Assembly (NCBI GenBank): GCA_020891255.1 | Contig: BQFW01000005.1 | Coordinates: 682,001 to 746,000 of the forward strand | Length of the DNA: 64,000 nt | Direction of reading: 5' to 3' | Origin: Entomortierella parvispora E1425 | Taxonomy: Eukaryota > Fungi > Mortierellomycota | Part shown: positions 54,479 through 64,000 of the stretch, one piece after another | Layout of the letters: the number at the start of each line of letters is the position of its first letter | Numbering within the stretch: position 1 is the first letter of the stretch | Translations under genes and position numbers: made by a program | The notes under the pieces: generated by a model | Seen by the model: the letters and a program-made list of their open reading frames with translations, nothing else | Databases searched by the model: none | Told to the model about the DNA's origin: nothing

Positions 54479-56800
54479 ATGGAGGGCGTCCAGGGTATCC
54501 TTACTCAGCCATCCACGGAGGAGGCTCTTCGTCTTCCGGAAGTACTGGCCTGTATTCTCTCCTACCTCGCAAACGACAGGCGAGCACTAAGATCTGTCCG
54601 GCTGGTTTCTAGACAGTTCAACACCACAGCCAACCGCTTCTTTCGGATCCATCTCAATGCAAACTATGCCTTGGAGCACCACTGCATCCAAGAGGCGGCT
54701 TCCATTATAGGAGGGCTCTCCGTGACCTTCCCTGAGGTCGACTTTCAATCTGCAAACCGCAATAACGAGACTCCAGAGCAGCCGACCGAACCACGTTGCA
54801 TCGACACAGCCTTTTGCTCCCTGGTGGCCCAAACTTGTATTAATCTCGAAACACTGAAGATTGTACTAGAGGGACCCTACTCTGAGCGAGTGCCACTGTT
54901 TTTCTCAGCCCTGCTCTCACAAGACTTGGAAAGGCCGGCTGTCTTTTGTATCAAGGAGCTTCAAGTGATGCTGAGCAACAACTGTGCTCAGTCTTTCACG
55001 TACAGGGTTTCACAGGCGCAATTTCTCGGCGCCATCACCAAATTGTCCGGGGCAGGACCCCAGTACGCACCGCACGAATCATCGCTGGCTCGTCTCGAAA
55101 AGTTGACGCTGAAAACGAGTTTCTTGCGAAATAACTCGGATTTGTACAAGATTCTGCAGTTCAAGATTTGTCCCGAGGTCGCCATCGCAACCTCCTTTCT
55201 CGGCCCCGTTTTTATTCCGAATGCAACTGAGGACTCTTTGTTGCCAGAATCCTTGAGGGACCCCACCAAACCTTCAAGGACACTCAAGGTCCTAGAGTGT
55301 TCGGCTACAGGATTCAGTGTTGACCAGATCTATCGACTGAAAGAACAGGCACCTGCCCTGGAAGAGTTGCGGATCTGGGAGATATCCAATGCCGTTGGGG
55401 CCGGGTCTGTCAGTGAGGCCATCGCACATGCCAATGCTGAACGGGCTGGATCCTTGAATCTGAAGCAACTGAGACTGGTCAATGCCACAGGACGCAATGT
55501 CAAACTGCTGCTAGGTCGACTATTGAACCCTACTGCTTTGAAATCCTTCCACGTCAATTATATATATCCCCACAGATTGACCTTGCCAGAAGGGGGGAAC
55601 GAGCTTCCAGGAGGAATTCTGAGAGACATCATGGAAGAGATGCGAAGGGACCAGTTCTCAGGATCGCCACACTGGGGATCCATGCAAGAGTTTGGAATCG
55701 GATCATTTGACAGGGAGATAGATCCAATCGACTGGCTTCAGGAGTTGAAGACTATTCCCCGATTGTCTCGATTGGAGAATATCAGTCTGCCATTGTCCGT
55801 CCATGAATTTTTACAGATGTTCGATATGCCCTCTTTGAGAGAGGCAGTGACGGATCCTCGGGTGAATACATCTCCCATCGCCGCCACCGCCGCTACTCCA
55901 ACAATCTCTTCAGGACACGAGGAAGTTTTATTGGGATCACCTTCAACACTGCCTCAACTTCCGTTTCCATCATGCTCTACTCTCATATCCCTGACCCTCA
56001 ACTGCGCTGCCGCCCAGACGAACGAAGCGGGTGATGGTTTACGTCTCGCCAACTACTTGACTCGTTGGTTACCACAGCTAAAACATCTCGACATTCAGGA
56101 AAGCTACTTCCCGGATCTCACCTTTTTGGATGTTATCGCGCCACCCCTAAAGTTCTTGTCACGACCACGAGAGACAAAGTTGTTGTCCTCTCTACAAGTA
56201 GGTGGTCAGAACAGTGGTGACGATTCAACTGGAGGCTTGAATCGCAATGACAGCCACAGCAGCAGTGTGGACGTTGGTAGCGGCCATATGGGTCTTTGCC
56301 AGTTGGAGTCCCTGGCAGTTTCGTTTGTTTTCCTGACTCGGGACGAATTCCTTGGCCTCCCGCGGAGCGATCATCTATTGGAGCTGTTGGACAAAAAATC
56401 GGATCTTTTGGCGAGGCGCTTGGAGTATACGCGAGGACCGGCAGGGGTCCTCGTGTATCAGAATGTTGAAAAATTGATCCGAGCAGAGGAACAAAAAATG
56501 CTGTTAGATGCTCGACCGATTCAGGTCCATGAGGACAGGGTGGATCAAATTTTGGCCTTCCTGGATCGATTTCAAAAGTCAAGCGCGAGGGGTGGGGGCG
56601 CCAAGACCTCGGCAGCGACGGATCAGGACGATGGGGGAGAAATATCGCCTGCAGTCTCAGGATTGAAAAAGATAAAGTTCACTCAAGAAGGAATGCCCAA
56701 CGTGTATTTGAGGAAGTTGGAGCTTCAGGTTGAGTCGCTCTACCCAGAGATCGAATGGCGATCCGCCAGCATTCTGCATCGAATTCCAGAAGGGAGGTAG
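54479..56800 (+). CDS. F-box/LRR protein (~773 aa from ATG 54479)
   Basis: ALRLPEVLACILSYLANDRRALRSVRLVSRQFN followed by LRR-like repeats; head-to-head with AFG1. Confidence 0.82.
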   Translation: MEGVQGILTQPSTEEALRLPEVLACILSYLANDRRALRSVRLVSRQFNTTANRFFRIHLNANYALEHHCIQEAASIIGGLSVTFPEVDFQSANRNNETPEQPTEPRCIDTAFCSLVAQTCINLETLKIVLEGPYSERVPLFFSALLSQDLERPAVFCIKELQVMLSNNCAQSFTYRVSQAQFLGAITKLSGAGPQYAPHESSLARLEKLTLKTSFLRNNSDLYKILQFKICPEVAIATSFLGPVFIPNATEDSLLPESLRDPTKPSRTLKVLECSATGFSVDQIYRLKEQAPALEELRIWEISNAVGAGSVSEAIAHANAERAGSLNLKQLRLVNATGRNVKLLLGRLLNPTALKSFHVNYIYPHRLTLPEGGNELPGGILRDIMEEMRRDQFSGSPHWGSMQEFGIGSFDREIDPIDWLQELKTIPRLSRLENISLPLSVHEFLQMFDMPSLREAVTDPRVNTSPIAATAATPTISSGHEEVLLGSPSTLPQLPFPSCSTLISLTLNCAAAQTNEAGDGLRLANYLTRWLPQLKHLDIQESYFPDLTFLDVIAPPLKFLSRPRETKLLSSLQVGGQNSGDDSTGGLNRNDSHSSSVDVGSGHMGLCQLESLAVSFVFLTRDEFLGLPRSDHLLELLDKKSDLLARRLEYTRGPAGVLVYQNVEKLIRAEEQKMLLDARPIQVHEDRVDQILAFLDRFQKSSARGGGAKTSAATDQDDGGEISPAVSGLKKIKFTQEGMPNVYLRKLELQVESLYPEIEWRSASILHRIPEGR

Positions 56801-57869
56801 ACAGAGTGTAGGAACCAAGGACCATGGCAGGTATTGTAGTAGCGCTTAAAGGAAAATAAAGAAACAGCCATATTTGACATTTTATTCTCATTTTGTATCA
56901 TCCTTGTCATTGATTCTTTCGAATTGGCGCAAGAGCAGAGTTATCTGAAGAGTATCATCTATGAGTGTTTTGACCCAGGTACTGGGTTGCAGTTAAACCG
57001 AGGAGGTGTGCGGTCTTGAGAGTCGTCGTGAATCGGAATAGTCTTGGCCGATTTCATGGCGATGATTACGCATTCATGCGGAGGTAACTAGAGACGTCTA
57101 GCTCTATGCAGCCCATCTCATGTCACGAGTTTGTATGGACCTCATGCCCTGAAATGGATGGATATTGGTAGCGACGGAGAATAGCAACCCAGTTGTTCGG
57201 TAGTTGTCAGTCCCCTCCGACCTGGTCGCAGATGTTTGGAGTTAGCAAGTTGACCAAGTTACCTGTAAGCCACCCTGTGCTCCTCCACGACCTCATTCGT
57301 CCCGTCCGTCTACTTTGGCTAGAGTCGCTCCATCTCGATCTCCAAATGCGTCGGGGAGAGGCCCAAGAGAGTCGACATGCCGAGTTGAGAGAGTCGCCTT
57401 CTTGATCACACTTCCCAGATCCAACACTTCTCCCAATTCTTCGCCGACAAACTCTCTGGTCTCCCATGTCAAACTCTTGACGCTCCTTAGGAGCTCCGCC
57501 AGCTCTTCACTGCAGTCAGATGGTTGTTCCCAGACCTTCAGAAATCAGTGTATCGCACATGTGTCGCGGGATCCCGTTTATTGATCAGGCCTGCTCTCAG
57601 TCAACTTGCTTCCAACGAAGGAGAGCCAAGCTGTGCAGGGCGCGCCGATGAGCAAGCGGCAGGCCATCGCACCCCACTTACCTTGGAGTACATACATCCT
57701 AACCAGTGGTCCAAACAGGATTCAAAAGCATGGGCCCCTTAGCCTCTTGCACTCGATGAAAATCTCGGGTAGATACACTGAGCCTCAAAGAGGCCACTTT
57801 TATTTGAAGGGGACAAAATGGCAAAGAGAAAGAAAAGGAAAACAAACTAGAACGGACCATCGATCAACC

Positions 57870-60800
57870 TTAGTAGTATGGCTGCTGTGGATGTGCCTGG
57901 CCCTGTGGAGGCATGTAGCGCCTGGGCGTTGGGGGCGCACGCGACGGCCTTGAGCCATACGCATCATGGGCACCGCTATGGGGGCCTCCATGAGCTCCAC
58001 CGTGACGACTATCTCCATGCGAGCTATATCCACCGCCGCCATGATGATGAGGACCAGTCATGTGGCCACCCGAAGGGCCGCCCATCGGCCCACCAGCATT
58101 GGGTGCGCCTGACCACGACGCGCCTCCCCAAGGAGTTCCCCACGGAGCTCCAGAAGATGACGTTGACTGATGCATAGGTGGTACCGCCTGGTGACCTCCT
58201 AGATGATGCGCTGCCACGGGCTGGGCATGGTGAGGGACATAGTGATGAGATCCCATGGACGAATTTGTGGATGGATGATGTCCATAAGCTCCAGCTCCAT
58301 GTGATGAGGGGGTGTGGTGGTAGCTATTGTAGTGGGGTCGGTTGTTGGCGACAGGCGCCGCCGATGTTGCTGCTGGTACTGATGCAGCTGCAGGCTTGGG
58401 ACGATTCTTTTGCATCATCATCTCCTTGAAGCTATCCGACAGCGCAATAACGTCATCGCAGTCTTTGCTTGTTGGGCCCTTGAGGACATAGTGATCGGGG
58501 AACACCTTGATCGACCATTCCACAATTGGAGCCTTGGCTCCCAGTTTGAAAACAAGCAAGAAGTAGCCAGCGTATTTCCGGTCCAGCGTAAATCCATAAA
58601 CGGCCGAGCCTGGCTTAGCCTTTGTCTGTGTTTCCAAGAACGACCTCAGCTCCTCTGCATTCTCCTTGTATTTGGGGCTATGCATCAGCGTATCCGTTTT
58701 GCTAAGAATGGCCTCAATGTGGGACACCAGCAGTTCGTCGAGATCACTGTACTTTGTGTTGTCGATTTTCAAAATCTTGCCCAAGCTGACATCGTCCTTC
58801 TTGTCCATCTCCAAGATATCTACAGTTCAATGAGACATGCGCTTAGTAAATATCGTCGGTTGTGCGCATCGTGTACGCTTCTGTCTCCATAGGCTCTTAC
58901 CATAATGTTTGTACAGGTCATCTGCAATCTTGACTGTAACTGTCAAATGGTCGACACCCTTGGTTGAAGGACGGATGACAAGATCACCTCGCGATTTGTC
59001 TGCGAGGAACTTTGTCGCCTCTTCCGACATCATGTTCTTGAACAGAGGATGGTTGATCTTTCGGGCTACAAAGTTTTGCTTCTTGACCTTGGTGTTGATC
59101 TGATTCCGGGCACGGTCTTCTTCGTACTGGTCAAACATCCTGTCGGGTGGCAGCATGCGCTCCTGAAGATCACCATGGCGAAGTTCGCTCTCTTTGCACG
59201 TACAGTCCGCAAAGAACTTCTCCTTCTCCAACCTGAGAATCTTAACCTGCAACGTCTGACCCTCTGAAAGAATATCACTAATGGCCCCGATCTTGGAGTC
59301 CGCAATGTTCTGGATAGCAAGCATGGCGTCAACACCGCAATCCAGTCGTAACATTGCATTCTTGTCCCTGATCCTCGTTACCAAAGCTGGGACGATAAAG
59401 CCAGCTCGGAGAGTCTGATCCGTCTCGCCTGTGAGCATGGTGAAAATCTGGTCTGCAGAAGCTCTTTCAAATGGCCTGCGAGGATCCTTGAAAGGGTGTT
59501 GAAGTTCCACCTTGATGGTCTCGAGAGTCATACGCTTAGGCTTGTGCTGAATCATCTCCAACTGGTGGGCATAGTCCTCCAACAAAAGCTCGTTCAACTT
59601 TTCGGCTCCATCATCCTTCATCAACTCCTCGACGTGCTGGGAGGCATTCTCGTACTCTTCCAGACCTTCTTCATCAATTTCCAGGGCATCAGCAGCCATC
59701 TTTCGTGCCAAGTTGTAATCTTCGGAATGAATACGGGTCTCGTCCAAGACATCTCCGCCATAGTTGGTGTGCACGCGCAAGAAACTGCAGCAGTTCATGA
59801 AGATGTTCCAGGTCAGCAACTTTCTGATAACAAGATCACCACGCTTGTCCAAGCTTCCGTTGTGCTGGTCAGCCTCAATGCTCTTGATTAAACTCTGGGC
59901 CTTGCGGGGTCCGAGACCACAGATGAATTTGAGCATGTGTGCCTTGTATGGGGATTCCACAACAGCATTAAAGTCAATACCAACGGCGTTGATGATATTG
60001 ATCAGAGCGCGGTCAAGAAGTTCCCGAAGACGATCCTCTCCAACCAAGTGCTGAAGAGGGTGCTGGCGAATGCTGATCAGGTCACGTCCAAGAGCAGCAT
60101 ATTCGTTCATAGGGTTCTGAACAAGTCGAGCCAAACTGATGCAGTATCGGGTGAGGGGGTTGGCCTCGGGGTGATCTTCTGCGGCGCGCTTCGAGTTTTG
60201 GTAAAGACGAGCGACTTCATCGTTGATCATGACGACCGAAAGGTCATCTCCACGAAGCTCGCGGAGATCGGCTGCCACCTTTTCGACTTGCTCAAGCAGA
60301 CGTCGAGTCATAACGGTGAAACCGCCCACAACCACGACATCCGGGCGACGGTTATCCAAAAAATCAAGGAGGTCCTTCTGTGATTTCGGATCGCGCAGGG
60401 AATCGATCTTCTTGTGGTCTGCAAACTTGCCCTTGTCATCCACAAAAGCGACTTGGATCGCATCCTTGGCTGTTCCAGGACCATGCGAGATAGCAACAAC
60501 TCTGGGGGAATAGTCGCGGTCAAATTTGACATTGCGGGGCATGTAGGGTGCGACGTTCAGTTTCTAGAAATAAATTATGGGGTCATGGAAGTCAGTGTTT
60601 TTGCTCTTTGCATCAGTATGTCATATCAAATTCTGTTGTTTCCAGAAGGCGTTACCTCCTCCAATGCAACCTGGCACTTCTTGGCAACCCATTCCTCGGC
60701 CTGTGAGCGCAGCTGCTCAGTCATGCTTCTCTCCAGCAAAACCAGGACCTGATCCTTCAGAGCAGATGTAACGATCTTGCGACGGAGATCGTTCCATTTC

Positions 60801-63024
60801 TCAGTGGTCTCGGATGTACCGTCACTCAGCATATAGTCCGAGACTGACTTGAGGTACTCGGCCTCGTTGGGGATCTTGATCTCGAACTTGACAAGACCTT
60901 CCGATTGGGCTTGCAGGATCTGCAAGAATTGGCCATCGTGGAAGTCGCGAACATACTTTTGGTTCAGGCGCTTGAAGGGATAGTAGGGATGAAGTTCATC
61001 GATAACGCCAGCTCCCTTCTCCGTTGGGGTCACAGTAACACAGGCGGAGTTGTCAAATTTGGACCGGATCTGTTTCCGGACGACAGGATCCACGGCGATT
61101 TCCTGGGAGCACATGCTCATGGCCATGGTAATGACTCTGTCGGGCGAATTGAATCCGCCGGTATCTGTAACATAGTCCTGAGCGGCCACTTTGGGATCTG
61201 CTTGAGGATCGTCGGGAAAGTTGATATTGCGACTTTCCTCCAAACATTTTCCAAACTTGGGTGCGTCGACATCAAGCAGCTTGATGAAGCCAGCGAGCTG
61301 CTCACGCTTGGCAAGGTCGTACGTGCCTCCTGATCCTGGACGCTTGAAAGCCTTGGCCTTGTCGATCTGCTTGGCAAAGCGAAGGTTCACATAGTCAAAG
61401 ATATCACCAAGCTCTTCCAACTTTGTAACACGCTCAATATGCTCTGAAAGGTAGCTGTCATTGAGGTTCAGCTTTTCCACCAGGGCCTTGAGGGTCTCCC
61501 GTCGCTCGAGGAAAGAACGGAACTTCAGATCCATGTCGTAAATGTACCAGAGATCGTCACGCGACAACAACTCGGTCAATTTTTGTCCTGCAACGTTGGT
61601 AAAGTAGTCGCGGCGGTGTGTCTCGATGAAAGGAACCTCCAAAAGTTCCTGTGACATGAACTTGAGGACATACTTCACATTTACGTCAAGGAAATGTTGC
61701 TGATCGACGCCCTTCCTGTGGTGGTTCATCTGTGTTGTGACCCAGTAGGCTTCCTCTTCAATCTCGTCGTCCGTAAGCACTCGGTCAGCCTGGATACCAC
61801 GTCGAAGCTGCATGCGCTCTGGAACATCCTTTGCACGAATTATCTCGTCCATGTCTGTCATCATGCGTTCGGCCAAAACACCGGGCTCAAAGACATCCTT
61901 GAGACGCGGCTCTGGCTTTTGATCGTAGTAAGTGTCGTCGCCGTTCTCTTTTCCGAGAGCGTAGGCATAGTCGCCTCCATCACCAAAAACCTCATACCAT
62001 TCGCCCCAAACCCTATAGTAGAGTTAGCATTAGGAGGTTAGTATCAACGGAGGAGGTAATAGTATCATATCAAACGAAAATATTTGTCTCGATCCTTACT
62101 CTTCACTCAAACCCTCGATTGGTGCTCTGCGGGCTCTGGGCTTTACTGGGGCCTTTTCACGACGATCACGGTGTCTGTCATCAATGTCTTCGTCTTCATC
62201 CTCGTCGTCGTCGATGAATCGATCCATCTCATCGTCATAGCCGCCACGATCGTCCAAGCCTTCATCGTCCTCTGGGTCGTCAAAAATCTTTTGAAGAGCA
62301 TCGTGTTTCGGTCCTGACATATCTTCATCTTCATCCTCTTCTTGACGACGCTTCTTCAAACGTTTGAATTTCTAGAAGGCGTAACAGGAATGTACAGAAT
62401 GAAAGACTAATTAGTTTTCTGCAGCCGACTGCACAGGCCGCACCAGTCCGCTGTTCATTGTTGATTCTTACCTCTGGACGCTGGATCTTGACACCAGTGT
62501 TCTCCTCCATGAGGGCCAGATCTTCTTCATCGACGTCAGACTCTATTGATGGCAAAAGTAGTGGGGCAGGTCAGTCACCCATTATTTGCTCGATCTGGTT
62601 CATTCGAGGTGGATGTCCATGATATTCACTTACCGATGGTTTCCTTTCTTCTCTTCTTCTTTTTGGATGTTCTGCGGACGATTCCTTCGTCTTCATCATC
62701 TTCTTCCTCGTCATCATCAACAATGAATCCGTCTCTGACCTAGAGGCAGAGTGAAAAAAAGGTCCATCGATCGAGGACACAATACATGGTGTCAGTGAAA
62801 AAGGCATAAATGCTTATTCTTGAGTTGCTGAAAACTGCACAGGCGAGCAGGTAGTCCAGGGCACTTTGATGTATCCGTCTATCACTGGAGAGAGAGGGAC
62901 TTACTCTCTTGATCTCTTCCTCGTCATCCTCCTCTTCTTCTTCAGAGTCGTCGCGGTCAGAGTCGTCAAAGCCGACATCTTCACCCTCCTCATCAGAAGA
63001 GTTTCTGCGTTCGTCGTCAGACAT
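57870..63024 (-). CDS. SPT6: Transcription elongation factor / histone chaperone Spt6, multi-exon
   Basis: Acidic N-terminus, DGFIVDD, EDLALMEEN, DEIIRAKDVPERMQL, YqgF-like RPDVVVVGG, ICGLGPRKA HhH, S1 domain, tandem SH2 (HPLFKN...GDLVIRPSTKG; YSDLDELLVSHI). Confidence 0.96.
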
Positions 63025-63563
63025 GTCGTAGGTCGTGTCCTTTGGTAAGGGATGGGGCTCGATGGAACGGAGCAAGGGAGTGAAAGCCTCGTGAGTGCTG
63101 CGCTATCCGCGAATTGGGTCGTCTGCCCTGTGGTGATGGGTTGCTTGGGATTGTCCTGTTCTCCTGCTAATGAATTCCCAGTGTTGTTTCCAGAACGAAT
63201 CGGAGTTCGTCAAAGGCGGGTTGGTCCTTGTCCTGTGGGGAGGCGATAGGAGTGGAGGTAAAGAGGGAGGCGGAGGGAGAGAAGGGAAGGGAAAGGAGAG
63301 AGGGAGGGAGAGAGGAAAGAGAGGAAAAGGAGAGGAAGATGAGCAAGAATGGCAGGCCCAACACGTTAAAACAATAGCTCGCTCAATGTGTGCAATGGAC
63401 GCTGATCAATCTTGTGGCCATCTCTGGCCACAAAGTGGGTGACGTACGAGTATCTGCTGATCGCATCTGAAACACGGCACCTTTCGTTCGTCTGTTCGTC
63501 CGTTCCACTCGACCCGCCCCTTCGCCTCTCGCCACCAAATATATTCCTCACAACCCTCATCCC

Positions 63564-64000
63564 ATGACCCGGCCTGCTGGACCACCATCCCCCGCGACCA
63601 AGGAGGCCGCATCCGACCCGGAGCAGGCACCATTGCGTGTCGCTTTCCTTCATCCTGACTTGGGCATCGGTATGTATGCTTTGTACATGTCCTCTTCCTT
63701 TTACGTCCTCGAGTTCAACCCCAGAAACTGATCCTTGTCTTGTCCTTCCATATCATATCTGCTCACTCTAGGTGGGGCAGAGAGACTAGTCGTCGACGCA
63801 GCTGTCGGTCTTCAGAACCTCGGGCACAAGGTGGTCATGTTCACCTCCCATCACGACCCCGCACATTGCTTCGAAGAAACGCGCGATGGTACGTTTAAAG
63901 GCAGGAGCGATGGAGGATCGAAACATTGAATTGGAACTCAAAAGGACCGCTTTGTCGTTTGCATCTTTTTTAGGAACATTGACTGTCCGTGTTGGAGGAA
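63564..64000 (+). CDS. ALG2: Alpha-1,3/1,6-mannosyltransferase Alg2, 5' part only
   Basis: [12 protein letters not shown]|[40 protein letters not shown]. Confidence 0.95.

Noticed and set aside
57190-57700. Possible small gene or remnant between the F-box gene and SPT6 (minus frame VWEQPSDCSEELAELLRSVKSLTW...)
   Set aside because: The composition looks protein-like and an ATG...G|GTAAGT lies upstream, but I could not build an in-frame spliced model or recognise a domain.
1-64000. CRISPR arrays, rRNA, LTR or LINE elements
   Set aside because: No spaced direct-repeat array, rRNA-like segment or gag/pol motif was seen. The CAG/CTG runs are coding poly-Gln, and the A/T runs are intronic or intergenic homopolymers.

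Overview
Intron-rich fungal genomic DNA, most likely Mortierellaceae. This is an inference from the style of four F-box/LRR genes and the gene content. Housekeeping genes in order: SEC24 (C/D-like, runs off the left edge), IES6, a PY-motif membrane protein, an F-box gene, GPD1, NUP2, tRNA-Lys and tRNA-Glu. After the central island come PPS1-like phosphatase, EIPR1/TSSC1, ALDH7A1, a GST, a CLC channel, a beta-lactamase-family pseudogene, an F-box gene, AFG1, another F-box gene, SPT6 and ALG2 (runs off the right edge). The stand-out structure is at 16.7-31.3 kb: a ~2.8 kb inverted duplication in two tiers. The outer ~1.76 kb is near-identical and the inner ~1 kb is diverged. Each arm carries a tRNA-Glu(CTC) and three micro-genes (67-84 aa) ending in a shared motif F-[KQ]-x-S-[AS]-[MI]-A-Y-[AV]-[IV]-S-R. 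The arms enclose ~8.9 kb holding an F-box/LRR gene, a secreted 8-Cys defensin-like peptide and up to four ORFs with related Cys/His clusters. Everything was read by eye. Exon limits are approximate and no database search was run.
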